64,000 nt of DNA from Cycas panzhihuaensis (Eukaryota; Plantae; Cycadophyta). Below the pieces are notes generated by a model. That model saw only the letters and a program-made list of their open reading frames with translations. It had not been told where the DNA came from and ran no database searches. This document shows positions 1 to 13,400 of the stretch, piece by piece. Where the stretch lies: positions 69,137,741-69,201,740 of the forward strand of contig CM041465.1 of assembly GCA_023213395.1 (NCBI GenBank), read 5' to 3'. The position numbers and the translations under genes are program-made. Positions within the stretch are counted from its first letter, which is position 1. The number at the start of each line of letters is the position of its first letter.

Positions 1-2870
1 ATTGGCGGGCGATTTTAATTCGGCCTTATGCCCCGGCGATAAGAGAGGGGGCACCGAGGGCTGGACTACTAGTATGAGTGAGTTTAGCGAATTTTTGCAA
101 CAGGGGGGGTTAGAGGATGTTAACCTTAGGGGTGCCTCCTTCACCTGGACCAATAAAAGGCTGGGGAATAACCTTATACAAATCAGACTGGATAGGGCGC
201 TGGTCAATTATGATTGGATGAGATGCTTCAAGGATTTCACCCTTGAAGCTTTGCCAAGGATCAGCTCTGATCATTCGCCCCTTTTGATGAATTTCTCGGA
301 CTCGGGTAAGTTTTTCGGGGCCCCCTTCAGATTTGAATTGATGTGGCTTCGCCACCCAGATCTTAGGAAAGGATCGAGGAATGGTGGAGCATCGGAATTG
401 AAGGACACGCTATGTACAGATTTTCCAAGAAGTTGGACTGGGTAAAAAGGAAAGTCAAGGTTTGGAATAAGGAAACTTTTCAAAATATTAACGATCAAAA
501 GGAGAAGACTATCCGGGATTTGAAAGATACCGAGGAACAGATCGAGCGGTTGGGCAGATCTCCAGAGCTGGATAAGGTAGAAAAGGAACCGATCGAGTCT
601 GGAGGAGATCCTCATTAGAGAGGAAATTCACTGGAGACAAAAATCTAGGGCTCTGTGGTTGGCGTAAGGAGATGTAAATACTAGATTTTTCCATATGACT
701 ACTGTAAAGCATAGAGCGAATAACAGAATCAGCAAGCTTCAAAGGGATGATGGCACTGAAGTCAGTTCGACAGAGGAAATGAAGGAGCTGGCCAGTGATT
801 ATTTCAAGGATCTATTTGCGGAGCCGTTGGATGGGGACATGGATTTGAGGAAGGAATTCCTCAATAACATCCCCTGTTTGGTGAATGATGCTCAAAACGC
901 CCAGATCACAGTTCCATTCACCTAGGACGAGGTTAAGGCGGCGCTCTTCAGTATGAAGAGAGATAAAGCTCCTGGCCCCGACGGTTTCCCTTCGGGGTTT
1001 TTCCAGGAATTTTGGGATATTATCAAGGGGGACTATATGGAAGCGCTCCAAGAATTTTATGCAAACAGGAAGATCTTGCAGGAGTGGCAGACTACCTTCC
1101 TGGTTCTCATCCCTAAAAAAGAGGGAGCGAAAAGGATGGAGGATTTCCGCCCTATAAGCCTTTGCAATGTCAAATATAAAATCTTAACCAAGGTCTTGGT
1201 TAATAGGTTAAAGGAAATTATGCCAAACATCATCTCTCAGAACCAAGATGGTTTTCTCCGGGGAAGACAGATCTACGACGGGTATATAGTTGTCCACGAA
1301 ACTGCCCACTCTGCAGCCGAAAGGAAGGAGCCTGTGATGCTCATCAAGATTGATCTCACGAAGGCCTTTGATAGGGTCTCCAGGAGTGTTCGCTTGATTG
1401 CCTAAGGGCTTTGGCCGGGAGACTTGGCGATCATGGATAAAACTATGTATTGAAATCCGCAGTTTCATTATCATTAATGGTTCGTCTTCTTGTTTCTTCC
1501 CGTGATCTGTGGGCCGAGGCGACCCGCTCTTTCCTTTTTTGTATATCACGATGGCCGAGTTGTTGGGCAGATCCCTGGAGTCCATGAGGAGACAGGGGGT
1601 CATAAACGGTATTAAACCAACATCGGGGATGGACAATGTGGCCCATCACCAATTCGTGGATGATAATATCTTTCTTGGGAAAGCTACAATAAGGGAGGCC
1701 ACCAATTTTAAAGAGATTTTGGGCCACTTCGAGAAGGCCACGAATCAAAAGATAAACTTGAACAAGAGCAATGTATTTTTTATAAATACCCCAGGCCATA
1801 TTCAAGGCGGGGATCGGCAGATGCACGGAGATGGGTATCAAAAAACTTCCCACAACTTACCTTGGCCTTCCTCTATTTGTTGGGAAGATGGCCAAGGATA
1901 TGTGGAATCCCCTTATTGATAGGTTGCAAAGGAAGATGGCTGGATGGAAAGGTGCCCTCTTAAGTCAAGCTGGAAAACTCCAGCTTGTAGCTTCCACGCT
2001 GCAGAGCATCCTAGTCTTTTGGATGTCCATCTTTAGAGTCCCAGCGGGTATCTCAGATATCATAGAATCTATTCAGAAGAGGTTCCTTTGTCCTGGGACG
2101 GAGAACAAAGACAGAATTCATTTAGTCAGCTGGAATAAAGTCTGTATGCCAAAATGGGCCGGGGGCCTAAATCTGAGAAGACTTCCTCTCTTCAGTGCAG
2201 CTCTAGGGGCCAAGTTGGGGTGGCGTCTGCTCAAAGGGGGCGAGAGGCTTTGGGAGAAGATCCTAAATAGGAAATATGTGCAAGGAGGTTCTTTGGTAGG
2301 TAATGATGTCTCTCAGGTTGGCTCAACCATTTGGAGGAGTATCCTAAAAGCTTGGAATGCTATAAGGAATGGCCTGAAATGAAGACTAGGAGATGGGAAC
2401 TCCATTAGATTCTGGGAGGATGCATGGTGTAGCGACAAAGCGCTTAGGGATTATCCAGATCTGGAACCCATTATGGGTCCTTGTGTAAGGATCTATGGAA
2501 GTTATGTAAAGGACTACTGGGCCGGAAGCGGAAAAAATAGGTCTTGGAAGACCCTAGAGGAAATCCAAGGTGAAAGACTGCAAGAAGGCCTTAGCAAGAT
2601 TAAAAGGATGCTTGGCAAGTGTTACATTCCCAGATTTCCTTCGTTGGACTCGATAGTGTGGCCCCTGAGCTCGTCCGACGATTACACAGTTAAACAAGGA
2701 TATCAATATCTATGTCAAACAAGAGGGGACCAGAGTAACCCTATCCTCGAAGGGGTTTGGAAGCTCCCTATCATTCCCAAGATTGTAGTATTTTGGTGGA
2801 CCTGCTTAAGGAATAAAATACTTACAGTCGACAATCTGAAAAGAAGAGGCTTTATGTTGGCAAACAGATG
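1..2870 (+). mobile_element. L1-clade LINE, ORF2 (endonuclease-RT-zf-RVT), frameshifted; starts before the window, 3' end truncated
   Basis: APE motifs GDFN, RLDRAL, SDHSP (2-445); RT motifs KAPGPDGF, DFRPISLCN, KIDLTKAFDRV, GDPL, QFVDD (953-1919); TYLGLPL and WK..I.PKI..FWW...RNKILTVDNLKRRG (1831-2870). Similarity stops at NRC near 2870; no poly(A). Confidence 0.95.
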
Positions 2871-3894
2871 TACAATATTAATGAGAAATGTGTCAATGCA
2901 ATTGTCACTTGAATCCAATTCGTGTATTGATTTCTTTATTATGAAAATTACATATTTTCTTTGGAAGTATATACCAACATTTTGTATGCCCTTGTGAAAG
3001 TTCAAAGAGTATAAGCAAGTATCCTGTAGATTTCCACATGAATCTTGGGGATTTTATGTGCCATATATCTAGTAAAGCTCTTGCAAATAATATTGGATTT
3101 GCTTTTCGATCATCAATTCATTCTCCAATTGTAACAGTTTATTGCATGGAAATGTGTCGGAGAATGTTGGAGAACCTTGTTAGTGCACTAACATGCTAAG
3201 TATTTATCAAAAAATGTGAGCAACCTACAATTTTAGGACATTGTAACGAAGAGCATGTCCATGATATTTGTTGAATTTGCTACCACTAATGTGGCTATGG
3301 TGGTGGTGATATAAAGAAAGAATTGTCTGTTACATTAGAATACATTCTCAACACATTGGGCCATTATTTCTATATCCAAAGCATCGAGGTGTAATATCAA
3401 TCCACATACTAGCTTGGAAGAGAGATTTCAAATCATCAAAAGAATGGTCATTGTTTCAACAAAGCAAAAGTTTGTCTTATATGTGTAATTTATAAATAAT
3501 AAATAACCAATGTAGTAAGTTGTAGAGTGGCCTTGTCCTAAATTGCAAGTGTTTCAAAAATTGTTCATGTTTGTGGTTCATTACATTGCAACAATGGTGT
3601 TAATAGGCACACTAATGTGTAACTCCTAAATGATATTTTAAAATTTGCTTATCACATTGAATTAGGCATAGTCATATGCCCAACGAACCCATCTTTGAAT
3701 TTGGACATAAACATATCCCTTTCAAAATTGTTTTTGCCCAAGTTGCATTAGGGGCTTGTAGTTTCATCCACAATTGCTTTCTTGCGTCTTGGTAATTCGA
3801 TCAGTCTTTATCCAATATTGCATTGGTATTTTAACATCATTGAAGGAATTACTTGACCACTTAGACTATATAATGTGGTTTGACAAGATGATTG

Positions 3895-4250
3895 TGTTGG
3901 AAAATAATATTTAATCCATGGTCAATCTATGATAAATATGATTATATAATTAGTAGTCCCTCAAATATTGACAAAGAAGTGCACACTTTTGAAGATTCTT
4001 AATATGTGAGCATTATTAAATTGTGCATTAAAGCTCACATCTTCATGTATTCTCATAAGTCATCTAATAGGTTCTTCAATCTTATTAAACCTCTATGAGG
4101 TGACTTATATCTATAAGTGTGTGCCTATTCTAATGCAATAGATGAAGATTGACCATTATTTCAGTTTTTTTTGTATTTTGTTTTGGTGCATATTTCATCT
4201 TTCTTTATCATGGTATTGTAATTTTTGTATAATGCATTTAACATGATATC
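3895..4250 (+). repeat. 5' LTR of element O
   Basis: Starts TGTTGGAAAATAA; aligns to 32698-33047; PBS downstream at 4321. Confidence 0.7.
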
Positions 4251-4728
4251 AAAGGTAAATTAATTGTACTACAAACTTATGCTACAATTTTATTCTTAAC
4301 TCAATTAAAATTTACACATTTGGTATCAGAGCCTATGATTTGATTGTTAGAGCTAATGGTTTGGTTTTCGTGGGGTTCCATTTGTAAGTATGACAAACCT
4401 CATATTTGGAACGTATAAGTGGTGAACACGATGATTGGTTATCCATGTGACTCGGTGACGATGGTAGATTGCAAGGATGACATAACTGACTTGTGGAGAC
4501 ATAAACGCCGTGTATTTCTTGTAGCAACAAACAATGGTAAGTAGAGATCTGTTGGCATGTAGATTTTGGGCATTGAATCCATGTTGAAGTCTTTTGATAG
4601 TTGTAGAAGCCTTACATGCCAGTTATCTTGCAAATGCAACAATTATGTTTACTTGTAGATGTTTCAATGTAATCAATTTGTAGTTGTTATCTTTATCCTT
4701 GATATGGTGGATGATTATGGATTGAAAT

Positions 4729-4940
4729 TGTTAGAACATTAGTGTTTTATCTTAAGTCTTGTACTATGGTGACCTTTATGTAAATTAAGGGTTATGTGTC
4801 ATAGTCCCCCTTTTGTCTTTAAATGACATTTGTCATACATGTACTGGATTACTTATGTAAATTAGTTGTATATAAGAAAGAGAAATTCTCTCTCATCGAT
4901 TAATGAAGATCATTCTAGTTTCACAATCTAGTTTCTTACA
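4729..4940 (+). repeat. 5' LTR of A
   Basis: TG...CA, followed directly by PBS. Confidence 0.95.
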
Positions 4941-5635
4941 TGGTATTAGAGTAGGTCTAGCAATAAGTCAGACTAAAGTATCAAACATTGTTTTCTTAAG
5001 ACACTGAGCAAGGAGCATGGTGATAAAGATCTGAAGAAAGACGATAACACAAATTGAAAAAAGAACGACATTGTATAGAACTGTATAGAACCTTACAGAC
5101 CTGTACGGTTGAAAAGAATCAAATTGTTCAAAATCGTGTGAAATTTTACCAATAGAGATCTCTCAAGGAGTAGATTCTGTTGTCCAAAAGAATTGATTGC
5201 AAATTTTGCTTCGATAAGCGAAAAATCGCAAAAAAAAAATGGGCACATGTTTAAACCTATTACAACAATTTTCTCAACATTTTCTTTGCTTCAATTATAA
5301 TGAGTGGTATTAAAATCTTCCTTAGACTATAAGCATTCTGTCAAATATAAGATTGCAAGATTTCATTGGGGTTTTTCAAGTTATGAGCAAAAGAATGAAT
5401 TAAACCCTAGTCGCCCCTCTTCCTTTCAAGTGAATTTTCTTTCAATCTAGAAAAGATCTCTCAAATCTAACTTAAGATACTTTGTAAACAAAGTGAAAAT
5501 CTATCATTTGAGTGGCTTATTTTTAAATTTCGTACACTTGTACTAAATTTGTACATTTGTATGACTGTACGGATTTGGTCTATCGCAGTCATTTAAAATT
5601 CTCTGTTTGTTGTCCTTTCTTCAATCTATTGCAAA

Positions 5636-6518
5636 ATGGCTTCAATTTACTCTTTGGGTGAGTCATATAAGCTAACCGGTCAAAATTATGCGACTTGGAA
5701 AATTAAAATGAAAGTGTTTTTAGTTGCAAAAGATGCTTGGTACATTGTCATAGAAAAAGAAAATAAATTAGTCATTGGAGACACTGTAAAACTTGCCAGT
5801 TGGGAAGAAAGGGATAAGCAAGCACTAGTCATCATCACTCTATCTGTTAGTGATTCTATCTTAACTCATATTAGTGAAGCCACCTCCTTAGTTGAAGCAT
5901 GGAAAGCCCTTGCATCTCTCTACAATTAGAAGATTGAAGCCCGTATCATTACTCTTAGAGAGCAGTTGTACTGTCTTCACTTATGGGAGGGCGAACAAGT
6001 TGCTGATCTCATTACCAAATTGATAGAAATCAAAGATAATCTTGCCTCTGCAGGTGGATTAGTATCAGATACTAAAATTATTTGTTTAATACTAAAGAAA
6101 TTACCAAAATCACTTGACAATCTAGTAAATACACTTATTATTGGAGGACAAGCCTGTAACATGTCATTTGATACCTTCTGTAAACATCTTCTTCAACAAG
6201 AATAGAGGATACAAAGGTATGAGGAGGAAACAAAAGTCAAAGAAGCCTTTTCGTCTAGACTGAAAATTGAAAAACGAGGAAGAGGAACAAGAGAAAGATC
6301 AGTAAATGCAAGAATCAACAAAGGATGATCTATTAGAGGAAGGATAGGATCATGCAAAGGAAGGTCAACAAACACTCAGGTATGTTATCATTGTGGCAAA
6401 CCAAGTCACCTTGCTGCAAAGTGTAGATCAGTAGAAACTCGTCCTTGTTATTATTGTGGCAGATATGGACGTCTCTCAATCTATTGCTTCTACAAAAGAA
6501 CTGGAATTTCCAAAGGAA
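5636..6518 (+). pseudogene. gag: A gag (UBN2-type N-terminus to zinc knuckles), with stops
   Basis: LTGQNYATWKIKMKVFL, LSVSDSILTHI, KLPKSLDNLV; CYHCGKPSH and CYYCGRYG knuckles at about 6380-6490. Confidence 0.9.
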
Positions 6519-6717
6519 GTTAGAATGTAATGTTTTATCCAATGTCATAGGTTAATGTATGTATCTTTATGTAACCAACAAGACATGTGTCACTCAAATG
6601 TGTTTTAGTTATAAGTTGGTTCAAGGGAGTTATAAACCCTAATTGTATTTAATCACTTGAGCTCTGAATAATGATTATCAAACATTCTTCATCCATCTTT
6701 GCATTGTCATTCTAACA
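6519..6717 (+). repeat. 5' LTR of B (lacks terminal T)
   Basis: GTTAGAATG...TCTAACA then PBS; matches 18143-18343. Confidence 0.95.
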
Positions 6718-7301
6718 TGGTATCAGAGTAGGTCATTCTGCCTGATTGAGAGAGGGTCTCCATGAAATCGAGAAAGGAAGACAAGTACAACTTTAGGACA
6801 AGTTGTAGAGGAGAAAGACGAGGACTTCAAACGAAGCAAAAGCAGAGAAGGAGACGAGCACCAAAAGACCTCAAGCAAAGCAGAAGCAGAGAAGAAAGCA
6901 AGTACCAGAAGGATACAGAATTTGCCTGTACGGAACCATATGGTCGTACATACTCAAACATTTTAAGGTCTCAGAATTCGATGAAATTCACCTAGATCGA
7001 AGATCTCGACGTCGTCTACATTTTTCTCTTCTATGTCGAAGTGATCCGAGGTCATTTGAAGGGGGGTTTTGGCCTTTTCTGCAAAATAATGAAGAACCCT
7101 AGCCATCCCTTTGGAGATTTCGGGTCATTTTTCTTCCAGATCAAAAACAATTTCAAAAAAATATTTGTAGATCTCTAATCTACTCATCAAGACCTTTCAT
7201 TTGAGGTAGGTCTCGATTCCATCTGTACTGTTTAGGTATCATACGGAAATCCATACTATTGTACGGCCTAGGGCAGTCTGAACATAGTTTTTCCTTCATA
7301 A

Positions 7302-10229
7302 ATGGCTTCTTCTATCTTAGCTCTGTCTGATAATGATAAGCTCACTGCCATCAACTACCATATTTGGAAAATAAAGGTAGAGACCCTTCTTAAAGCAAAA
7401 AATGCTTGGAGAATCGCAATAGGGGTTGAAGCCAAACCTAAGGACATTGGGCCTGATCAAACCAACTGGGAAGAAGGGTATAATACAGGGGTTATAATAT
7501 TGAAATTATCAATTTCGGATCCCCTTCTTATATATGTTGAAAATTTGTACTCCACTACAAGTATTTGGAAATGCCTGGAGAACTTGTATAGACAAAAGAA
7601 CAAGGCTAGGATAATAGCCTTAAAAGAAGAACTGTTCAAACTCCACATGAAGGAGTTTGAAACTGCCATTAATTTCGTGTATAAAGTAATTTCACCAAGG
7701 AATGATCTTTCTAGTGCGGGTGCTCCGGTTACAGATCAGGAGTTGGTGGAACTTGTGGTTAGCAAATTACCCAAATCGTTCGATGTGACGATAAATACCA
7801 TTACTAACACTGATCGAATAGCAACAATGATAAGTTGTTAAGGCGAGAGCAAAGAAACAAAAGATATGAGGATGCAGGTGATCGACAGGATTGTTGTTAA
7901 GGCGAGAGCAAAGAAACAAAAGATATGAGGATGCAGGTGAACTTGAGGATGCTTTTGCCTCCAGACTGAACCTGGGATTCAGAGGACGCAACAGAGGAAG
8001 GGGAAGAACTCCTGAAGGTCATGCTCCACCACGAGGTCGTTGGCAAGATGCAAGAGGACGAGGTTGCAGTATTATTCAAAGGATTTGTTATAGGTGTAGT
8101 AAGACTGATCATTTTGCTAGTTCTTGTAGGGAATTTGATGTGTGTTATCATTGTGGCCAATCATGACACTTTGCATACCAATGCAAGAAAGTAGACATCC
8201 AGAGAGGAAAACGACCAATGGGGAACTACAGTAAGGAACTGACTAGTGATGATGATTATGAGGAGGAGGAAACTGCCTTCATCGTTGCTCTAGCAACAAA
8301 CCTCGAAGAGAAGGGCATATGGTACATTGGCTCAGGAGTGTCACACCACATGACCGGTCGAGAAGAATGGTTCAAAAACTTGCAACCATACACTTGTGAT
8401 AAATTGGTGGAATTGGGAGACAAATACTCCCTTGAAATTAAAGGAGTCAGAACCATCAAAATAAAAGACAAGGTAAAAAAAATTGGAAATGTACTTTTGG
8501 TGCCTAGTTTAAAAATGAATTTATTGTCTGTCTCCCAACTTCAGAAAAAGGGGTTGAGTACTATATTTGATGAGAAAGGATTCTGTTATATCCTTGACAT
8601 GAAAAATAATGGCCATGTAATTGCAAAAGGGGTTGAAAGTAATGACCTGTATAGGTTGTTATCACATCCTATTTTGCCTAATGTAAAAGCTTGTACTGTA
8701 GTGAGTCATAATGATAATATGTGGCATTTGAAGTATGGTCATCTTCTCATGGAAAAATTTAAAAATATGGAGAAGAAATGTCTAGTAATTGGTTTGGCTC
8801 CAATCAAATCAAGTAATTTTGTATGAAAAAGTTGTCAGTCCGACAAATAACATAGGCTGCCATTCCATGAAAATAAATGGCGAGCACAGGAAAAATTAGG
8901 GCTAGTCCATACTGATTTGTGTGGTCCATTTACCCCACATTCCGTCAATGGAAGTAGATACTTCATCACCTTCATAGATGATTTAACCAGGAAAATCTAG
9001 ATTTACTTCTTGCATACTAAATCAGAGGTATTTGATGTATTCAAAGAATTCAAAGCCGAAACTGAATTAGAGGCTAATTCTAAAATCAAATGCATAAGAT
9101 TTGATGGTGGAGGCGAATACATCTCCAAAGATTTCTTGGAATATTGCAAAGCCAATGGAATACGTAGGCAGTTCACAACTCCATACACACCCCAATCTAA
9201 TAGGGTAGTAGAAAGGAAAAACAAATTTATCATGGAGATGGCTCGCAGCATGATGCATGAGAAGTATTCCAAAAACATATTGGGCTGAAGTAGTTAGCAC
9301 GACTTGCTACTTATTGAATAGGAGTCCAACCAAAGTAAGCATGGACTGGAAGGAAGTCAGATATAAGTCATATGAAAGTATTTGGTAGCCAAGCCTTTGT
9401 CCACATACCAAATAAAAAAAGAACAAAACTAGATTCAAAAAGTTTAGAATGTATTATGGTCGGATACAACAAAAATTCCAAGGCCTACAAGTGCATAGAT
9501 CCAAAAACAAACAAAGTATATGTAAGTCGAAATGTTGTTTTCAATGAAGAAGACAAAGAAGAAAGTACAAGTCAAATCCAAATGATAGAGAAAATATCTC
9601 AGATAGCTCTTCACCCACTCCTGCAGAAGAAGAATTTGGCATAACTTCATAAGACATTTCAGAAGAGTCTATTTCACCTCAAGGTTCTCACTCAGACTCT
9701 ACTCCAGAGGATGAAGAAGTCTCTCTAGAAGAATCAAGGACCAAAGAAGACATAAAGGAAAAGAGAGTTCCCAAGTGGTACCTCAAAACTATAGAGGAAG
9801 GCAAAGGTGAAATACTTCCCCATAGAACAAGGAGTCAAAAACCAAGAGCCTTGTTCAGCGATGTAGAACCATAATCATTCGCCGAAGCAAAAGAACATGT
9901 TGAGTGGAGAAAAGCCATGGATGCTGAGCTAGATTCCATAATAAAAAACCAGAGTTGGAAACTGGTTGAACTACCATCTAACAAATCAATTGGGAATTGT
10001 AAATAGATCTATAAAATAAAAAAAGGACGCGATAGAAAAATACAAAGCTAGGCTAGTTGCAAAGGGCTACACGCAAACAACAGGTGTAGATTATGAAGAG
10101 ACTTTCTCTCTAATGGCTAAACTGAACACAGTAAGAACAATTACAGTTCTAGCATCACAAAAAAATTGGAAGATATACCAGTTGGACGTGAAAAGTGCCT
10201 TCCTGAATGGCAAAATAGAAGAGGAAGTC
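7302..10229 (+). pseudogene. B gag-protease-integrase-5' RT, broken
   Basis: LTAINYHIWKIK, CYRCSKTDHFASSC, WYIGSGVSHHMTG, RFDGGGEY, TPYTPQSN, QLDVKSAFLNG; cut at EEV|YM by C. Confidence 0.92.
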
Positions 10230-10479
10230 TGTTACGAGACTAGCCGTAACTGGAGAATAAGAGCCAATTGCGAGAGATTGCTGAGAACAAGTGCAATTAA
10301 TAAAACCATATATAATTGATTGATAAATGTTTGATTGATAAAACGATTGATGCCCTATTACATTTGGGTCCTGATTTATATACATATCAGACCCTCTTTC
10401 ACAAAGGATGTGCTCTTTCAATAGCACCCTTTGACTTAATTAATCATGTGTTTTTCTTTTTTAAAAAAAGTTTATAACA
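10230..10479 (-). repeat. 3' LTR of C
   Basis: TGTTACG...ATAACA, next to PPT. Confidence 0.97.
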
Positions 10480-10490
10480 ATTCCTCCCTC

Positions 10491-13400
10491 TTAAGATGTT
10501 TCGCCCACTAAACCTTCTCTTGTCAACTCGGGATGAAGTTTGATAAAATCGGAAGATTCCCACGAAGCATCTTCAATAGGCTGCTGTTTCCACTTAATGA
10601 AATATTCTCGAATAGTCTTGGACCGCAATCTACGTTCCCGAACTTCAAGGATGGCTTCTGGCAATAGAATTAATTTGCCTTCTTCATCTAGGAGGGTAGT
10701 TACTCGTCTGCACTGCACACAATTTCCAATTTTTCTTTTGAGACAAGAGACATGAAATACATTGTGTAGCTTTGAAGTTGGAAGTTCCAAGGCATAAGCC
10801 ACTTCGCCAATTCTCTGTTTAATCTGGAAAGGTCCATAAAATCGAGGACTCAATTTCTGCTTTTGAGAAGTTTTCAACGATGCTTGCTTGTATGGTTGTA
10901 ATCTTACATAGACCCAATCGCGGATTTCAAATATTCTTTCTGCATTTATTTTTATCGACTTGTTGTTTCATACGGTTTCGGCTTCTTCTAAATGTCGCTT
11001 TTAATATTTGAAGGATATTTTGTGATTCTTGGAGATAGTCGTTAACTGTTGGAACCTTATTATCCAATTTTAACCAATCTTTTAATTGAGTTGGCTGATA
11101 GCCATATAATGCTTGATATGGGGTCATTTTAATGGACGAGTGGTACGAAGAGTTATACCATGCTTCAGCTAAATGTAACCATTTGACCCATAAATGCTGC
11201 TTATCTGTGACATAATTTCGTAAATAATTCTCTAACCCTTTATTAACTGCTTCCGTTTGTCCATCTATTTGCGGATGATAACTGGTACTCATATTTAATC
11301 TTGTACCTACTTGCCGAAACATTTCTTGCCAGAAATGGCTTAAAAATTTTGGATCTCTGTCACTAATAATGGTTTTCGGAAACCCATGTAACTTATAAAT
11401 TTCTTTGATAAATACTTCAGCTAACTACTGAGCTTTGTAGTTAGATTGAATAGGTATAAAATGAGCAAACTTTGTTAAACGATCCACCACCACATAGATA
11501 GCATCTTTCCCTTCTGATTTTGGTAATCCTGTGATAAAATCCATGCTAATACTTTCCCATTTTTGTTGCGGAATCGGAAGAGGCTGGAGCAACCCAGGAG
11601 TAGCAACACGTTCGTATTTATTGACTTGACATACAACACATTCAGCTACAAATTTCATTATATCTTTTTTCATTCCTTTCCAGAAAAATGATTGTTTGAC
11701 TCGCAAATATGTTTTATAAAATCCTTCATGACCAGCGGCAGGTACTACATGTGCTTCATTCAATATTTTGTTACGGAAAGCTGAGTTTGGTCCTAAGAAT
11801 ATGCGAGGTTTATACCATAAAATATCATTCTTCCATTCGAATTTTTCTTCTTTTCCTTGTTGAATTCTTTGAATGAGTTGTTGAATGTCAGGATCTTTCA
11901 CATATTCTGATTGTAAATCTATGATCCATACTGGTTCTATCATTGAAACAGTTTTTAATTGAAATTCTGTATTCTCTTCATCCTTCCGAGACAAGGCATC
12001 AGCTACTACATTATTTTTTCCCTTTTTATATGTTATATCGAAATCAAATGCCTGGATTTCTTGATCCATTTTTGTTGTTCAGGGGATAGTTCTTTTTGTT
12101 TTAATAAATATTGTAGACTGTTGTGATCTGTCTTGACTATAAATTTGCTACCTAATAGATACTGACGCCATTTAATTAAAGCGTGTATAATGGCTAACAT
12201 TTCTTTATCATAAGTTGATTTGAGAATTTCTCGGTTGTTTAGCTTCCTACTCTCAAATGCAATGGGTTTACCTTCTTGCATCAAGATCTTGCGCCAATTC
12301 ACGCTTCACGATGCATCACATTCTATTATAAAAATTTTAGAGAAATTAGGTGTCGTAAGTATCGGTAGTTGGATCATTATTTGCTTGATTTGTTCGAAAC
12401 ATTTTGTTGCTTCTTGATTCCATTGAAAAGAATCCTTTTTTAATAAACAAGTTAAGACAGAGGTTTTCTGTGCATAATTTTTCACAAAGCATCAATAATA
12501 TCCTGTTAAACCCAGAAACCCTCGGAGTTTCGTAATAGTTTTGGGTATCGGCCATTCTTGAATTGCTTTAACTTTTCCTGGGTCAGCTCTAATTCCTTCT
12601 TTGGATATAAGATGACCCAGATATTCTATTTCTTTCATTCCAAAATAACATTTTGATTTGTTAGCGTAAAATCTTTGTTCCTTTAAGGCGTTTAGTACTT
12701 GATCCAGGTGATTCATATGTTCTTCCCATTGCTTACTGAATATTAATATGTCATCGAAGAAGACTAAGACAAACTTCCTCAAGAACGGTTTTAAAACTTG
12801 ATTCATTATAGTTTGGAATGTAGCTGGCGCATTAGTTAAGCCAAAGGGCATTACCTTGAACTCATAATGACCATGATGAGTACTAAAAGCTGTTTTGTAT
12901 GTATCTTCTGGTTTAATGCGAATTTGATGATAACCTGATTTTAAATCGATTTTAGAAAAATATTCTGCTCCATGTAATTCGTCTAGTAACTCATCAATTC
13001 TGGGTATAGAAAATTTATTTTTTATTGTAACTTTATTTAATGCTCGATAATCTATGCACATACGGTATGATCCATCTTTTTTTCTTACCAAGATTACTGG
13101 TCTTTGCAAAGGACTTTTACTAGGAGTTATTGCTCCTATATCTAATAATTCTTGTACTATCTTTTCAATCTCATTCCAGTAATGATGTGGTTGTTTATAA
13201 GGCCAAATAACAATCGGATTAGTACTATTTCTAATTCAATTTGATGTTCACATCCTCCGTCTGTGGTAAATCGCGGAAGATTTTGAAAAACTTCTTTATG
13301 CTTCTGGATGACTTTTGATCATTTTCTTGTGTAGTTGGTTTAATTTCTTCCTGGATTGAAAAAAGTTGAGCCATCATACCACGATGACCTTTCTTGATTA

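Noticed and set aside
2870-3894. Decayed copia RT remnant
   Set aside because: Only faint motif echoes; not supportable without a profile search.
6158-6518. Assembly artefact as the cause of the 361-bp duplication
   Set aside because: The copies differ by about 11%, ungapped and mostly by transitions, which indicates age rather than mis-assembly.
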